The notes: generated by a model from the letters alone, not told the origin. A stretch of DNA of 64,000 nucleotides from Octopus vulgaris (GCA_951406725.2 OX597834.1:42842001-42906000), one strand, 5' to 3'. Positions 14,643 to 29,977 are shown, counted from the first letter of the stretch. Numbers and translations: made by a program.

Positions 14643-14754
14643 AGAACCTGAAGATGTGTTGAAATAATTGTAAATCTGACGATTGCATATATGTATTCAT
14701 ATATGTATATAGGTATACAGTGTAATCTTCCATTACAGAAACACGTGTAGTTCT
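14643..14754 (+). ncRNA. Type I hammerhead ribozyme motif, intact core, long loop II
   Basis: agaac-CTGAAGA-tgtg[75 nt]taca-GAAA-C-ACGT-G-TA-gttct: stem I agaac/gttct, GUA cleavage triplet, palindromic loop III. Confidence 0.75.
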
Positions 14755-15075
14755 TCATATTTGATAAGTATAAGTTTTAACTAAAGTAGGATATAATTAA
14801 TGAAGTATGTTATATAACCTGCTGGTAATTTTGATTATATCCTTTAAATATTATTATTTCGCGATGTGCAAACTGATACTGTGAGTTTACTGTCAGATAT
14901 GCTCATTAGGTTCTTTTTGTATTATCTGAAATAGAATACGAACATATCTATTAATCCCCCAAAATTGAATGAATATATATATATGTGTGTGTGTGTGTGT
15001 GTTTGCTTCTGTTTGTCAACTTCCATCGATTGCCAACCGATGTTGGTGTGTTTACAACCCGAAACGTAGGGATTC

Positions 15076-15305
<230 letters not shown>

Positions 15306-15428
15306 TATATATATATATATATATACAAACATAATTATCAATCAATATCAGAGGTTTTATCGATTGTGAAGGAGAAGCCTTTTCCTGGAACCCTTCCACA
15401 TAAATGTACTAATATACACATATGCATA

Positions 15429-15567
<139 letters not shown>

Positions 15568-16085
15568 CTATAAGTGTGTATTTGTATGTTTGTCTCTCTC
15601 TCTCTGTTTTGTATGTATGCATGCATGTAAGCATGGATGCATATATGTAAGTTTGTGTGCGTCTGCATGTGCGTGAATGGTGTGCGTGCATTTGTGTTTG
15701 TGTTTTTTCTGTGATACGTACAGTCACCAGATCGCTACCATTTTAGAAAAATTGTCACTGCTGATAACCAGCCCCACGTTTCACTCTCAGCAGTAACAGC
15801 AGAGGTAATCGACATTTTTTTTTTATTTTATATATATATTTTTTCTTTTTTTTTATTCACTATTAAATTATATAATGAGATTATATCGGACATACACGAA
15901 AGATTGCAGCGAAATTAAACGCACATTAAATCCATTTTAGATATTGTTCGTTTGCGATTACTCGTTAATGATTCATTATTGAATAGCAAATTATAAATTT
16001 TTGTCAGCCTGCATCATAACTATCCACTTCTTATCTGTTGTTAGGTTTATTTTTATATCATTATTATTTGGAATAATATTCGTTA

Positions 16086-16142
<57 letters not shown>

Positions 16143-16189
16143 CTATGTATATATATATGTGCATATTTAAGTATATATAAATATATATA

Positions 16190-16272
<83 letters not shown>

Positions 16273-17164
16273 ATATATACTGATGTATGTGTGTATATGT
16301 ATGCATGTATGTGTTCTTGTTTAATTTGGAATCTATCCAGCATTGTACATGCTATTCTCTTGTGATTCAATCTTGCGGCGTCAGTAATTTCAGTAAGTGC
16401 CAAGGGTAGATAACATGAAACAGAGTAGAATAAAAATATAATAACACTTAAAGGCCCTCACCAACTCTCACCACCACTACCACTACCAGCACCACAACCA
16501 CCACCACCACCTTCGCCGCCGCCACCGTAACTCTGTTACGTATATTAATGTTCTTTATAGCAAAAATGCTCCCATGTTTTTAGAAAGTGGTGAAGTAGTG
16601 AGAATATTAACGAACTAAATAGATTATAGGGCTAAATATTATTTCCTAATACCCCCTTCTCTTATTTTCCCTTTGTCCACTCTTTCCTCTGTTTTCTAAA
16701 TTGCAGCCGCTCTTTCTTCTCTCTCTCTCTCTCTGTCATCCTCTCTTTTGTCTCTGCCTCTTTGTCTTCCTGTCCTTCTCCTTCCTTCTCGCCTCTAAAT
16801 CGATTCCATGACTTTGAAAGTTTTGTTTTCTGCCGAGTATTTATCCTCTTTGTGTTCGGTGCTAACAGCTTCGTTTGACAACTTCAAATAGGTGAGACCT
16901 GTTAACTTTTTAGTTTCTCTACTGCTAATAACTTTTTATATTTATTTCTGGCGTCATAAGTAAAAAGACATAATACATGCACACATACATACTGACATAT
17001 ATATATATATATATAATGTGCGTGTATAAATGTATGGATGTATCACTTCCTTTTATCTTTTATCGACTTCAGTCATTAGGCTGCGATCATGCGGGGGCAC
17101 CGCCTTAGAAAGTTACACAGTAATAGTGATTTCAAATTTTGAAACATGGTCAAGAATTCAGGGG

Positions 17165-17290
17165 ACCGTGACGAGTCGATTACAACGACCCCAGTGTTCA
17201 ACTGGTACTTATTTTATGGACCGTGCATGCATGGAAGACAAATTCAAAATCAGGCAGAATTTTGAAACAGAAGATGAAGACGGACGAAGT
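17165..17290 (-). mobile_element. SINE family C (Nin-domain-like), diverged
   Basis: gtcgattacaacgaccccagtgttcaactggtacttatttt is the reverse complement of the family C core. Confidence 0.7.
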
Positions 17291-17638
17291 GTCGCAACGC
17301 TCAGTCTTAATAAAAATAATTTTACATTAATCTAATGGAATGTTCAATACGTTTGTAGAGTACGAGTTTATTATTCTTATGCAAAAATATTATTGATAGG
17401 GATTTCGAAGTTTCGGCTGTCAATAATACGCTTGTTATATTTTTCTACATGTTGACTCATTTACAAACTCTCAATTAAACGTTTGAAATATGAACTAGAA
17501 ACTTCTTTACAAAAATTTGATATATTACAATAATTTTAATGTGATGATTCGGAAAATGCCAAAACAGCTGACTATCACTATGCTCTACTATATAAAATAT
17601 ATTAAAACTATATAAACTGTGTGTGATTTCCTTCTTTA

Positions 17639-17693
<55 letters not shown>

Positions 17694-17695
17694 TT

Positions 17696-18083
17696 ATTTC
17701 CTTCTTTCTTCAAATTTTCTTCCATTTCTCGCCGGGTATTTTCCGTACACCTAGGGCAGAGAAGCTCATTGTAAGCATTCCCAGATTACACACGCAAATT
17801 GACAGGTAAGATATATATTTTAAAAAATTAATAAATAAATAAATTCATTAATGGATGTTTTTTTCACAGCGATTATGCTTTTCTCAGTACACGAGTCATT
17901 CCAGTTAAAAGGATTTTTTGCCCTTGCTGTAGGGATGGTAAGCCTGGAATCATTTTCAAATAGGTTTCAGTACTTTTTTTTTATCATTCCTAGAGATCCT
18001 ACAATCACTGGTACTGTAGTCGCCTTGAGATGCCACATTTTTTCAATTTTAATTTACTGACCTTGTCAAATTATTTCGCTGGT

Positions 18084-18085
<2 letters not shown>
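17696..18085 (-). mobile_element. R4/Dong-clade non-LTR retrotransposon 3' end inserted in (TAA)n
   Basis: Minus-strand translation KIEKMWHLKATTVPVIVGSLGMIKK/TETYLKMIPGLPSLQQGQKILLTGMTRVLRKA* (one frameshift in an A-run) matches the C-terminus of R4/Dong ORFs; flanked by TTA tracts at 17636-17695 and 18085-18175. Confidence 0.85.
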
Positions 18086-18124
<39 letters not shown>

Positions 18125-18128
18125 GTTA

Positions 18129-18165
<37 letters not shown>

Positions 18166-18191
18166 CATTATTATAATATATGTATTACATA

Positions 18192-18330
18192 TAAGTTCAA
18201 ATGCCACCGAGGTCGACTTTATCTTTCATCCTTTCGGGCTCGATAAATTAAGTAGTACCTGTGAAATTCTGGGGTCGATATAATCGACTAGTCCCCCCCC
18301 ACCAAATTTTAGGCCTTGTGCCTCTAATAA
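18192..18330 (+). mobile_element. SINE family C fragment
   Basis: agttcaaatgccaccgaggtcgactttatctttcatcctttcgggctcgataaattaagta. Confidence 0.78.
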
Positions 18331-19011
18331 AAAAATTTATTTTTCCAGGACTTTCATTATGGCTGACGAAATGTTGAATACTATACTGTATGAGAAAATC
18401 TGCTCAAATTCTTATAGCGGAGTGAGCTTTGAGACAGACAGGTAGTGGTGATAAACTAGGCAAGAGTCTAAGTCTGCGAACCAAGAACTGAAAAGGGGTA
18501 TGAACTAATAAGAAAAGGTATCTTGTTCCAAGCTTTCATATTTCTGCCAATTACAGCACCATGTGGGCGTGTTATAATTTTAAGGGCCCGAAAAGAAAGT
18601 AAGCAGAAGGTAGAAATAAGATCAGTGGAATTTGATCCCAGAACACAAAGATCGGGAATAAATATCACAAAGTATCTCATCCGATGCTCTAATACAACCA
18701 CCAATTCATTTGTGCGGAGACTATTTACGTTTTTGACTCAGAATAAAATTTAACTCGGTGAGATTTGATCTCAGTGAACAAATATTGTACAGTAATTTTG
18801 TCCTTTTCTCTAACCACTCAGCCACTTCACTGCCTGAATATATAAACCCGTGTTTTGATACACAGCTTCTTCCTGATTCAATATGAGTCATGGTTTCGTC
18901 CTCCCTTTACCTACCAAACTTAGAGGCTTTGCAAAATGTCAGAGACATTCCCCTTTCTGCCCCCACTATTCGTCATTATCGTCGTCGCCTTCCTGCTGCT
19001 GCTGCTGCTGT

Positions 19012-19089
<78 letters not shown>

Positions 19090-19090
19090 A
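19012..19090. repeat. (TAC)n microsatellite
   Basis: Pure TAC run; source of the poly-Y/T/V ORFs. Confidence 0.97.
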
Positions 19091-19134
19091 CCATAGCATA
19101 AATCAATAATTGAATAGGTACAATTACCGGGAGT

Positions 19135-19340
19135 GTTTTTAGGAACATAGTTACGCCAGGCAAAATGCTTTAGCGGCATTTTCTTCCGCTTTTTACAATC
19201 CGAGTTCAAATTCCGCCGAGAATGACCTTGCTTTTTCATTATTTTGGGTTCGATAAAATAAGTACCATTTGAACACTGGGGTCGATGTAATCGTCTTATC
19301 CCAATCCCGAGCTCCTCAGCGTTGAGTCAAATTTGAAACC
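19135..19340 (+). mobile_element. SINE family C
   Basis: gagttcaaattccgccgag...gataaaataagtaccatttgaacactggggtcgatgtaatcg. Confidence 0.78.
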
Positions 19341-19686
19341 AAAATTTTTGTTTCTTAATTTTTAAATTTTAAATCTTATTGCAACTGGATTTTTTCTGTT
19401 CAGCAGGCAATTTTCAATCTCCTCAATGCCTGCTCGATTTGATTTCATATTCGGTGTAATGATATGGTTTTATATGCTAATCAATGCTTTGAAATTGAAT
19501 TTCGCAATAAAGCAGCAAATAAAGAGTTATTAACTTTTAAAGTTAGCAAATTTGGGGTAATTTTAGCCAGTCATAAGCCACAGACACATTCATGCCTGTT
19601 CCATAGTAACAAGCCAAGCATGAGAACTCTTTTGTCTGTGAGAAAGCACGTGTTGACAAATATCCTCCACTCACTTACGAGACAAA

Positions 19687-19921
19687 ATACCTATTTCTTT
19701 ACTACCCACAAGGGCTAAACACAGAGAGGACAAACAAGGACAGACAAACGGATTAAGTCGATTATATCGAACCCAGTGCGTAACTGGTACTTATTTAATC
19801 GACCCCGAAACGATGAAAGGCAAAGTCGACCTCGGCGGAATTGGAACTCAGAACGTAACGGCAAATGAAATACCGCTAAGTATTTCGCCCGGCGTGCTAA
19901 CGGTTCTGCCAGCTCGCCGCC
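19687..19921 (-). mobile_element. SINE family C, full length (tRNA head + Nin-like domain)
   Basis: Reverse complement of ggcggcgagctggcagaaccgttagcacgccgggcg...gcctttcatcgtttcggggtcgattaaataagtaccag...aaagaaataggt; near-identical to 35554. Confidence 0.9.
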
Positions 19922-20290
19922 TTTCACCTCTATACACATTCTCATTTCGAATTCGACGCATAATTATGTTAATTCTATTGAACTGCCTGTCATAACGCAA
20001 AATATTCGATTGTAACTTCAAATTCGTTCCCGAGTGAACGTTGCTAAGAAGACGGAATTCTCATATATATATATATATATGAAAGACTGTGTGGTAAGAA
20101 GATTGCTTGCCAACCACATGGCTCCGGGTTCAGTCCAACTGCGTGGCACCTTGAGCAAGTGTCTTCTACTATGAACACACACAAACACACATATGTGGAT
20201 ATATTGTATAAAGATAGAAAGGTATATGGGTTACTCTGAGGGCACATATTTACACCTAAATAGACACAAACATGTATACATGTATACACT

Positions 20291-20355
<65 letters not shown>

Positions 20356-20425
20356 GTATATGTATGTATGTGTGTATGCACATAATATATCTATCTTTGT
20401 ATCTATTTGTATGCATACACGTGCA

Positions 20426-20484
<59 letters not shown>

Positions 20485-20784
20485 CGTATATATATATATA
20501 TGTATACATGTTATACATACATATACATATATATATATGTTATACATGAATATATATATATATATGTATGTATATATATATACTATATATATATATATAC
20601 ATAAACATGCCTCTATCTATACAAATAAACTTATCAACCAGAATATCTATGCATCAGTTTATTCATATATGTATACAAGCATATCTATATATACGTATAC
20701 AAATATAGACATCTATCTATCGAAATTATCTATCTATTTATCTCTCTATCTATCTATTAATGTATCTGTCTTTCTATCTGCCTA

Positions 20785-20827
<43 letters not shown>

Positions 20828-21359
20828 TACATGCACGCGTAGCACGCAGTTATGAGAGCTCGCACACGAACCTACATCAGCACATATTGTTCAAACATAT
20901 TTCCATATTGAATGACTCAGCTTCGTTGGATTTAGACCTGAGATCAATGGAACCGTAGACTTCCAGTTGATATAAATGTGACAATTTATCGCCTAATAAC
21001 TGTCACAAGACTCTCATCAGAAAATATTCCATACATCTTGGAGCAAGAATCACGTCGCATCTTTACCTTTAAACCGTGGCAAGAAAAACTGTGAAGGAAT
21101 CTTTGATGCGAAAGATACAATAAAAAGCAAAAGCTAACGGCCAAAATACCTGATGTGCCGCTTTGGCATTGTGTGTAAGGAGAAGCAATAAACATCAATA
21201 AAATGGACAATTATTATGCGATAGCCTTTCCACAGAATATACGATGACCGCGAGGGAAATTGTGGGAAACGAAGGAAGGATCGCGAGGAAAGATGGGATA
21301 TGTATATGTATATATATGTATGTACGAATATACATGTAACGATAAAGGTTAGGTGTTGC

Positions 21360-22197
21360 AGTAGTTGTTGGTGGTGGTAGTGGTGGTTTTGGAGGTGGTG
21401 ATGGCGGTGGTGGAATGGGCGGCAGCGGTTGTGCTGATGGTGCTTGTGGTAGTGGTGGTGGGGTTTGGTCATTGTGTTGCCGGTGGAGGTGGCACTGGCG
21501 ATGGTGGTGATGGTGGTGTTAGTGGTGGTGGTGATGGTGACAGCGGTGAAGATGGGGAGTGGTGGTGATGGTGATGATGGTGGTGATAGTAGTGCTATTG
21601 ATGGTGGTGGTGATGGTGGTGTTGGTGGTGGTGATGGTGACAGCGGCGAAGATAGCAAGGTGATGATGGTGGTGATAGTGACTGTAGTGATAGTGATGGT
21701 GATGGTGATGATGGTGGTGATAGTGGTGGTAGTGATGGTGGCGGTGAAGGTCGTGTTGGTGGTGGTGATGGTGGGAATGATGGAGGTGATAGTGATGGTA
21801 GTGGTGATGGTGGTGGTGGTTGTGTCCGTGTCGGTGATGATCGTATTTATGCTTCTTCGTCAAGATTGTGTTGGAGTTGGCGGGAAGTGTTGCTCCTCAG
21901 GATCAGGTTCTTGATGCTGATGGTGATGATGATGATGGTTGTTGTGTTAACGATTACGACCATGATGATATGCATAAAGATGATGATGATGATGACGACC
22001 ACGACGAAGGCGACGACGATGATGATGATGAAGATGACGAGGACAATGGTGATGACAATGACGATGACGAGGGGGCAGAGGAACACTGAAGGAGAAGAGA
22101 TGATGATGACGCTGGTGATAATGATGATGAGAGGATAAGAAAGATCATGGTGATGATGATGATGATGATAATGCTGACAAGCGACGACGACGACGAC

Positions 22198-22296
<99 letters not shown>

Positions 22297-22435
22297 GAAG
22301 AAGATGAAGAAGATGATGATGATGACGACGATGCTGCTGGCGACGGTGTGTACTATGTTAACGATGAGTGACAATATAGGTGAGAGTAAATGCTGCTGCC
22401 GATGATGATGATGATGATGATGATTATGATGATGA
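21360..22435. repeat. Compound degenerate (GGT)n/(GAT)n trinucleotide low-complexity tract
   Basis: Mixed GGT/GAT/GAC triplets with a pure (GAT)n at ~22198-22293; the ORFs in all frames are homopolymeric. Confidence 0.93.
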
Positions 22436-22728
22436 AAATGGTTGAAAGGGAAGGCAGCAGCCGAAGTGAAAATAAATGAAAATGCGCTGAGATGGGCCGT
22501 AATACATAAATAATCTTCCTCCTCCTCCTCCTCCTCCTCACTCCCCTACTTTTTCCCCCCACTGACCATTTGACCAGTAACAGTTTTATTTTTATTCCAG
22601 CCAGTTTACTACGGAGAACACGGTAAACATCTCGCTGAATGTACAAACGCTGATCTGCAGCTGGGCGATGTTCTCTCATGTGCATTTTAACATATATGTA
22701 CGTGTGTGTGCGCATGTGCGTGTTATTA

Positions 22729-22983
<255 letters not shown>

Positions 22984-23599
22984 TTATCTTCATGCTAGTT
23001 TGTACAAAGGTTTACCTTTTCTTTTTCGCTCTCTCTTTCGCTGATTCTTCTCGTTTTATGAGGTGTATCTACATATATTCTCTGGTAAACCGTATAAATA
23101 AACAAATGTAAGAATTATCGGAACGGAGGCTGGATATATGAAAATCTGCGAAAAGGTGATGGTAGGATAAGAATGGTATGGCAGTAAGCGTTGTGGTTTT
23201 AAATAACAGCAATGTAGTAAAAGACAATGATATTCGAGATAGAAATGAAAATGAATGTCAAAAACTGTCGGATTTTCGGTTCAACGATGAATTTGAGAAT
23301 CACCATGTTGATTCGATGCGTTCGGCTTTTGTTTTATATGCGCTGTTGTTTTGTATCTTGTTTGCGATAGGAAAAGCGAAATCGAAAATAGATGTAAAAA
23401 CATGCGAAACAAACAAACAAACAAATAAAAATGAAAATGAGAAGAAGCAGAATAAATAATATAAAGGGGAAAGTAAAAAGTGTATTTGTTGTGTTTGACA
23501 TGTGACGTGAAAAGTTTCACTTCTGTCCTGTGTTGTGACAATACGCAAACACACAGACACGCAAACACAAAGATACACACACACACACACATATATATA

Positions 23600-23757
23600 T
23601 AGGAGAGGATTTGTGGTAAGAAGATTGCTTCTCAACCACATGCTTCCGGGTTCAGTCCAATCTAGTGGCACCTTGGGCAAGTGTCTTCTATTATAAGTTC
23701 CAGCCGACCAAATCTTTCTAAGTGACTTAGGGAGTCGGAAACTGAAAGAAGCCCATC

Positions 23758-23760
<3 letters not shown>
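23600..23760 (+). mobile_element. SINE family A 5' half
   Basis: gtggtaagaagattgcttctcaaccacatg...ggcaccttgggcaagtgtcttcta...gaaactgaaagaagcccatcg, then (TA)n. Confidence 0.82.
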
Positions 23761-23824
<64 letters not shown>

Positions 23825-24069
23825 CATAAATGGCAATTTCTGTTTGTTTGTAGTTGCGTGTTTTGTTACTTTAATTCCTCCGAGACTATCCAACCAATCT
23901 TGATGAAATTTGAACCCTGTGCAGAAATTTCAAAAAAGAAATCAATAATTTTTATTCAGCATCCACTTTTCAAAAAGCAATAGGACATTTCAATGCTAAT
24001 TATCGTATAAATTTTTTTCTGCCATTACTGCAAGGAGTTTTTGTGAGAAATACTGTCTTTTTTTGCCAC

Positions 24070-24510
24070 ACATTTTGCCAAGTAGCCCACGCTTCAGTTT
24101 GAACCCTAGTCATTGAGAACATGGACTTCTCTTGTAACGTTGATTTCTGATAACATTACTTCAAAGTGCAATGATCGCTACAGTTTGAAATTCCAATCTC
24201 ACGACTGGCATTACACTTTCAGCAGCCGTTCTTGCTTTCTGGGTTTGTTGATGCCTACTGACTTCTGGAACGTTTCTTGTAGTAGACATTCGGAACCGCT
24301 TCACCTCTCTCTCAGACTAATTTCTAATTTGAATGGTGGTAAATCGCATTGGCGCATCTGTTTGAAATTCTGTTCAAATCTGCCTTTGCACTTTGGCTGT
24401 GTGTTCAAATTTATTTTGATCAGATCTTACTCTGGGGTCTATTCATTATTTCTGATGGATTAAAGACAGCAGTTTTTAAAATGCGAATACAAATTTTGAG
24501 AACACCCTAT
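24070..24510 (+). mobile_element. Highly decayed Tc1/mariner transposase C-terminus with right TIR remnant
   Basis: PSSPRFSLNP/IENM resembles WPxxSPDLNPIENLW; LNGGKSH resembles the terminal GGH motif; ends ttttgagaacacccta-ta. Confidence 0.45.
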
Positions 24511-25041
24511 ATACATCTTCAACATCTTGCCCTTTGCTCTTTCCATTTTTATAACAGACATAACACTAAAGAGCTTTTATGGTTTAAGATTTCTAAATTC
24601 TATAAGGTGTGTTATAGTAGCTACCTGAATGTAGATCAATCTCTGTATGTGCGTGTGCAAATTTAACCAAAGCCAACTTGGGATTTTATTCTACCAATCT
24701 GTGTATAGATAGCTGTGTCTTGAAACGTGACCAAGGATCATAGCAGAGCAGAACGCACAGTGTTTCACACACAAAAAGCATATATAATAGCAAATACAAT
24801 TCGATAATCTTTTGATAACTAATAGCAATAGATGTCTTCATAGCTAAGCACAGAGAACCACCAAATACACTATCATATTATTATATACACACGCACAAAC
24901 CAACGACAAAGGCACAATGATATACGCACAATAAATATCTGTAATTCTATGCATACGCATAGAGATACTCTATACCGGACTGAAGTGAACTCACATACAC
25001 ACATACACCCATCATACACACATATAATATATATGTATATA

Positions 25042-25093
<52 letters not shown>

Positions 25094-25100
25094 TAGATAG

Positions 25101-25169
<69 letters not shown>

Positions 25170-25425
25170 CGTATGTATGTATGTAGATATATGTATATGT
25201 GTATATATGTTTAAGGCGTCAAATTATATTAGTGCAATTATTGCGCAATAATATTGCTTTCGATTGTAACGAACAATTCCTGAATCATCAAGCACACATT
25301 CATGGCCTTCCACAAATACCACTTTACATGCAACCGCATAAATATGTCGGCAAACATAGACACACACACACACACACGTATATACCTCTGTAGGTATATA
25401 TATATCTAAGTATACATATATACAA

Positions 25426-25460
<35 letters not shown>

Positions 25461-25496
25461 CGTATATAGATATATATTGATATATATTGATATGTA

Positions 25497-25541
<45 letters not shown>

Positions 25542-25795
25542 ATATAGCCTTGGTTTTATGTTTGTGTATGGAAGTACGTGTGATAGTTTAAGTACAGTTT
25601 GCTGCATAAAGTAAACCACATTTAAGGTCAGAGTCTGCACTAAAATAATACATTATCTGCACCTAAAAATACTTTTAAGTAAGCTTCCATAAAATAAGAA
25701 AGCTAACCACTCACGAGAACACATATATATATATACACATATACATATACATACACACATACATATATATATATGTATATGTATATGCGTGTAAC

Positions 25796-25872
<77 letters not shown>

Positions 25873-26315
25873 ATATATGCGTGGAAATGTCTGTATGTAT
25901 ATAGGTGTGTGTGTGGTGACATATGTGTTGCTTTGAGTGTGTGATGTTTTGTGTGTGTTCTTTCTGTATATGACGTCGTTCTTTTTTGTTTTTTTGTTTG
26001 TTTTTTTTTTATTACTTTTTTAATGTTTCTCTTTCCGTTCGCCGCCCCCCCTTCTTCCTCTTCTCCCATTATCTTTATCTAAACATATAATCGAAGAATT
26101 GGTATCGACGAGGTAATCAGTGTATTTTGATTCTTAGCATGTTCCTGACTGACACTGGGGCGTGTTTCATAGTCTATTAGCCAACAATTAGCAGCGAAGA
26201 TCAATGGCTGGAGTTTGCAATTGTGTGCTGATAGCGGAAGAGTAAAAATGCTTGGAGAGAGATAGATAGATAGATAGATAGATAGAGAGAAAGAGAGAGA
26301 AAGAGAGAGAGATGG

Positions 26316-26364
<49 letters not shown>

Positions 26365-26391
26365 GATAGAATAATAGATAGATAGATAGGT

Positions 26392-26464
<73 letters not shown>

Positions 26465-26471
26465 GATAGAG

Positions 26472-26559
<88 letters not shown>

Positions 26560-27831
26560 GGAGAGAGACAGAAAGGGAGAGAGAGAGAAAGAACTTGGCT
26601 GCCTTCATTTATAGGGTGAGGCGAAACGACACGCCGATGCATATTATGGAAGCACAAAACTGCAGTAAATATCTTCGACTTCTACTATAATGATTCTACG
26701 CGTAAATAACATCGTGAAAAACCAATTTACTTAAAACATTTCGAATAAATATATATGCTTGTATGTATGTATGTATGTATGTATGTATGTATGTATGTAT
26801 GTATTTATGTGTGTGTGAGTGTGTGTCAGCGTGTGTGTGTATTTAGGTACAATTATGAATATATAGGCATATATATATATATATATATATACACATATGT
26901 ATATATTTATACACACTGACGTACACACAAATATATATGTATATACATACATATATATATATATGTTGTAAATATATGCAATTATACGCACATATAAAAG
27001 TACGTATACACATTAAACCCAAGCCCGCACACACACATACACACACACACGCACACACATATATATATGTATGTATATGTATATACATATATGTGTGTGT
27101 GTATCTATATCTATATAAAGATATAACGTTATATACGAGTATACACACATACACAAACAAAGGCACACAAACATACACACACACTCACATAAATACACAC
27201 ACACGCACACAAATATATATATGTATATTTATGTTTGTGTGTGTGTGTGTGTACATGTATACTTAACAACATTAACTGTATAGAAATCAGTAAATCAGAG
27301 AGAAAAGGCAGGCGGTGTAAGTCTTCTGTTTGCTATCTTAAATCCTACTTACCGGCTAAATTACCTTTACCTCATAAAACGTGGAAAAGCTTTTCGCTAA
27401 TGTATCGCATGAGTGAAGCATTCTGCGCCAACAATAAATGATGCACAAAAGTCTTCTAGTCTTTGGAATGGTAACTCCAAAAAGCTTTTACTTTCTGAAG
27501 TTGCTTTCAGATGTCGTCCTAATGGAAAGTTGTTCATTCAATGCCACGTTGCCGTTTTGGTAAGGTTAGAGTTAGTGTGTTTATTAGCTACAAACAGCGA
27601 TATGTATATACATATGAATGTATGTATGTATGTATGTATGTATGTATGTATGTATGTATGTATGTATGTATGTGCGTGAATGGGTGTATAATGTATATAT
27701 GTATGTATATATGTATGTATGTCTGTATACAGATATAGATATAGATAAATATGTATTTCGAAGCATAAATATGTATATTTGCAAATATATATAAATAAAA
27801 AATTGCTCATATATAATTTTAAATACATAAA

Positions 27832-27886
<55 letters not shown>

Positions 27887-28082
27887 ATGCGTGCAATTGT
27901 GTGTATGGAAGACTAGTCATATACATTCTTTTTTGACTTCCTATGTGTAAATTTTTACTTGAATTTCTCACTTCATACATACATTTTCGTTAATATACAA
28001 ATACACACGTTTCAATTGATGTATATATGTATGTATGTATGTATGTTAGTATACGTATATCTATATATGTGTGTGTATATAT

Positions 28083-28141
<59 letters not shown>

Positions 28142-28282
28142 ATATATATGTGTGTGCGTGTGTGTGTTCAAATATAAGTATCTCTATGAATATTTATACT
28201 TACATGAATCTATCTTTGTACAAGTGTTCTTTCTGGGCCTTTGTACACATACCACGACACTCACACACGCACGCACAGAAAT

Positions 28283-28319
<37 letters not shown>

Positions 28320-28932
28320 CGTATCTACACATACATACATACATACATACATACATACATACATACATGCATACATACGTAATGTCGGTAAAAGAAATTA
28401 TAGCTCGTCAGCAAATCTGCTTCCATTCCGTGATTAGATTTCTCGCTCAAATGAAATATATTTTTGAATGCATGAGATTTCTTTTTTCTCATTTTAAGTT
28501 AATTTTAACCGACCACCTGCTTACTAATAAGTTTTTAAAGGAAACGGTCTCGGGTCTTGCTGACTTTCGTTGTCCTAGAGATGATTTTTAGCGTATGAAT
28601 TAAAGAGTTCCATTCACAACCAAGAAACTGAAGTTCAAACATAGATTGCTCCAGAAGGGTTGTTACGTTAGTTGGGTATGAAACGAAACTCCTCTCTTAA
28701 GTGCTTGATTTTCAAGCTCCCCATGAATGGCATATACACGTTTTCTTTCTCTTCTATTTTCTTAACCAGGCTAGGGTTCAGTGGGCATCGTATTCTAATG
28801 TGTATGTACATATGCATTTATGCAGTTTGTTTGTCTGTGTGTCTATCTGTCAGTCTATATGTATATATGCATGTGTGTTTATTATATATATATATATATA
28901 TATATGTTCTTTCTTTTCTTTTCTTTTTCATT

Positions 28933-29197
28933 CATTTTTATTTGTTTCAGTCATTTGATTGTGGCCATGCTGGAGCACCGCTTTTAGTCGAGCAAATCGA
29001 CCCCAGGACTTTATTCTTCGTAAGTCTAGTACTTATTCTATCGTTCCCTCTTCCCGAACCGCTAAGTAACGAGGACGTAAACACACCAGCATCGGTTGTC
29101 AAGTGATGTTGGGGGAACAAACACAGACACACAGACACACACACACACACACACACTTATATATACGGCGGGCTTCTTTCAGTTTCTGTCTACTATT
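28933..29197 (-). mobile_element. SINE family A 3' half
   Basis: tttgtttcagtcatttgattgtggccatgctggagcacc...acggcgggcttctttcagtttc. Confidence 0.85.
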
Positions 29198-29485
29198 ATA
29201 AATGCAAGACAACAACACTGAGGAATCGACGTAACCTTAAATGACAAACCGCGATAGTTTAACCGCGATAGGTGAAGCGTGGTATGACGAGGTATTACTA
29301 TAAATTTGTGTTTATTGTAATTTCTTAATTATTTCTCTGTTTGTTCTTTGACTCAATTTCACCTCAAACCTTTCTATGGAAGAGCGTAAGGTCAAAACAT
29401 CAAAGACTTTCCCATTTTCCCCTAGTGCAGGCTAAAACACCTTGCCAGTTGTTCTCGAACGTCTCTTTGTCTTTTTTATGTTTTG

Positions 29486-29790
29486 GAGGCGCAATGGCCC
29501 AGTGGTTAGAGCAGCGGACTCGCGGTCGGAGGATCGCGGTTTCGATTCTCAGACGGGGGCGTTGTGTGTATTTATTGAGGGAAAACAACTAAAGCTCCAC
29601 GACGCTCCGGCAAGGGGTGGTGGCGACCGCTGTTGAACTCTTTCGCTCCAACTTTTTCTCACTGTTTCTTCCTGTTTCTTGAGCTAACGCTGCGATGGAC
29701 TGTCGTCGGGTCCAGCTGGGGGGAACACATACGCCATAGAAACCGGGAAACAGCGCCCATGAGCCTGGTTAGGCTTGAAAAGGGCGCAAA
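29486..29790 (+). mobile_element. tRNA-derived SINE, head H1 + tail T1
   Basis: ggcgcaatggcccagtggttagagcagcggac...ggtttcgattctc; tail gcgatggactgtcg...gcttgaaaagggcgca. Confidence 0.88.
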
Positions 29791-29922
29791 AAATGTAATG
29801 TTTTATCTCTAGATATATACGACCAGACACAACCGAGGTTTCTTCTTTTAAATATCCTATGTTTATGTGGGAAATATCATCTACTGGGGAGAAAGTATTG
29901 TCTTATAAAACACACACAGACA

Positions 29923-29977
<55 letters not shown>

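Noticed and set aside
17541-17580. gtgatga...caaaacagctgac degenerate hammerhead-like string
   Set aside because: Three core deviations and no convincing stems.
21134-22405. His/Asp/Gly/Val-rich ORFs resembling low-complexity proteins
   Set aside because: Degenerate GGT/GAT tract open in several frames on both strands, with no domain or splice support.
23825-24110. Possible non-autonomous Helitron-like element (ccaatcttgatgaaatttg ... ctagt)
   Set aside because: No clear 3' hairpin, and the end overlaps a better-explained Tc1-like remnant.
29486-29575. tRNA-like sequence with A and B boxes (also 13709, 33664)
   Set aside because: No proper acceptor stem; it continues into SINE bodies, so these are SINE heads.
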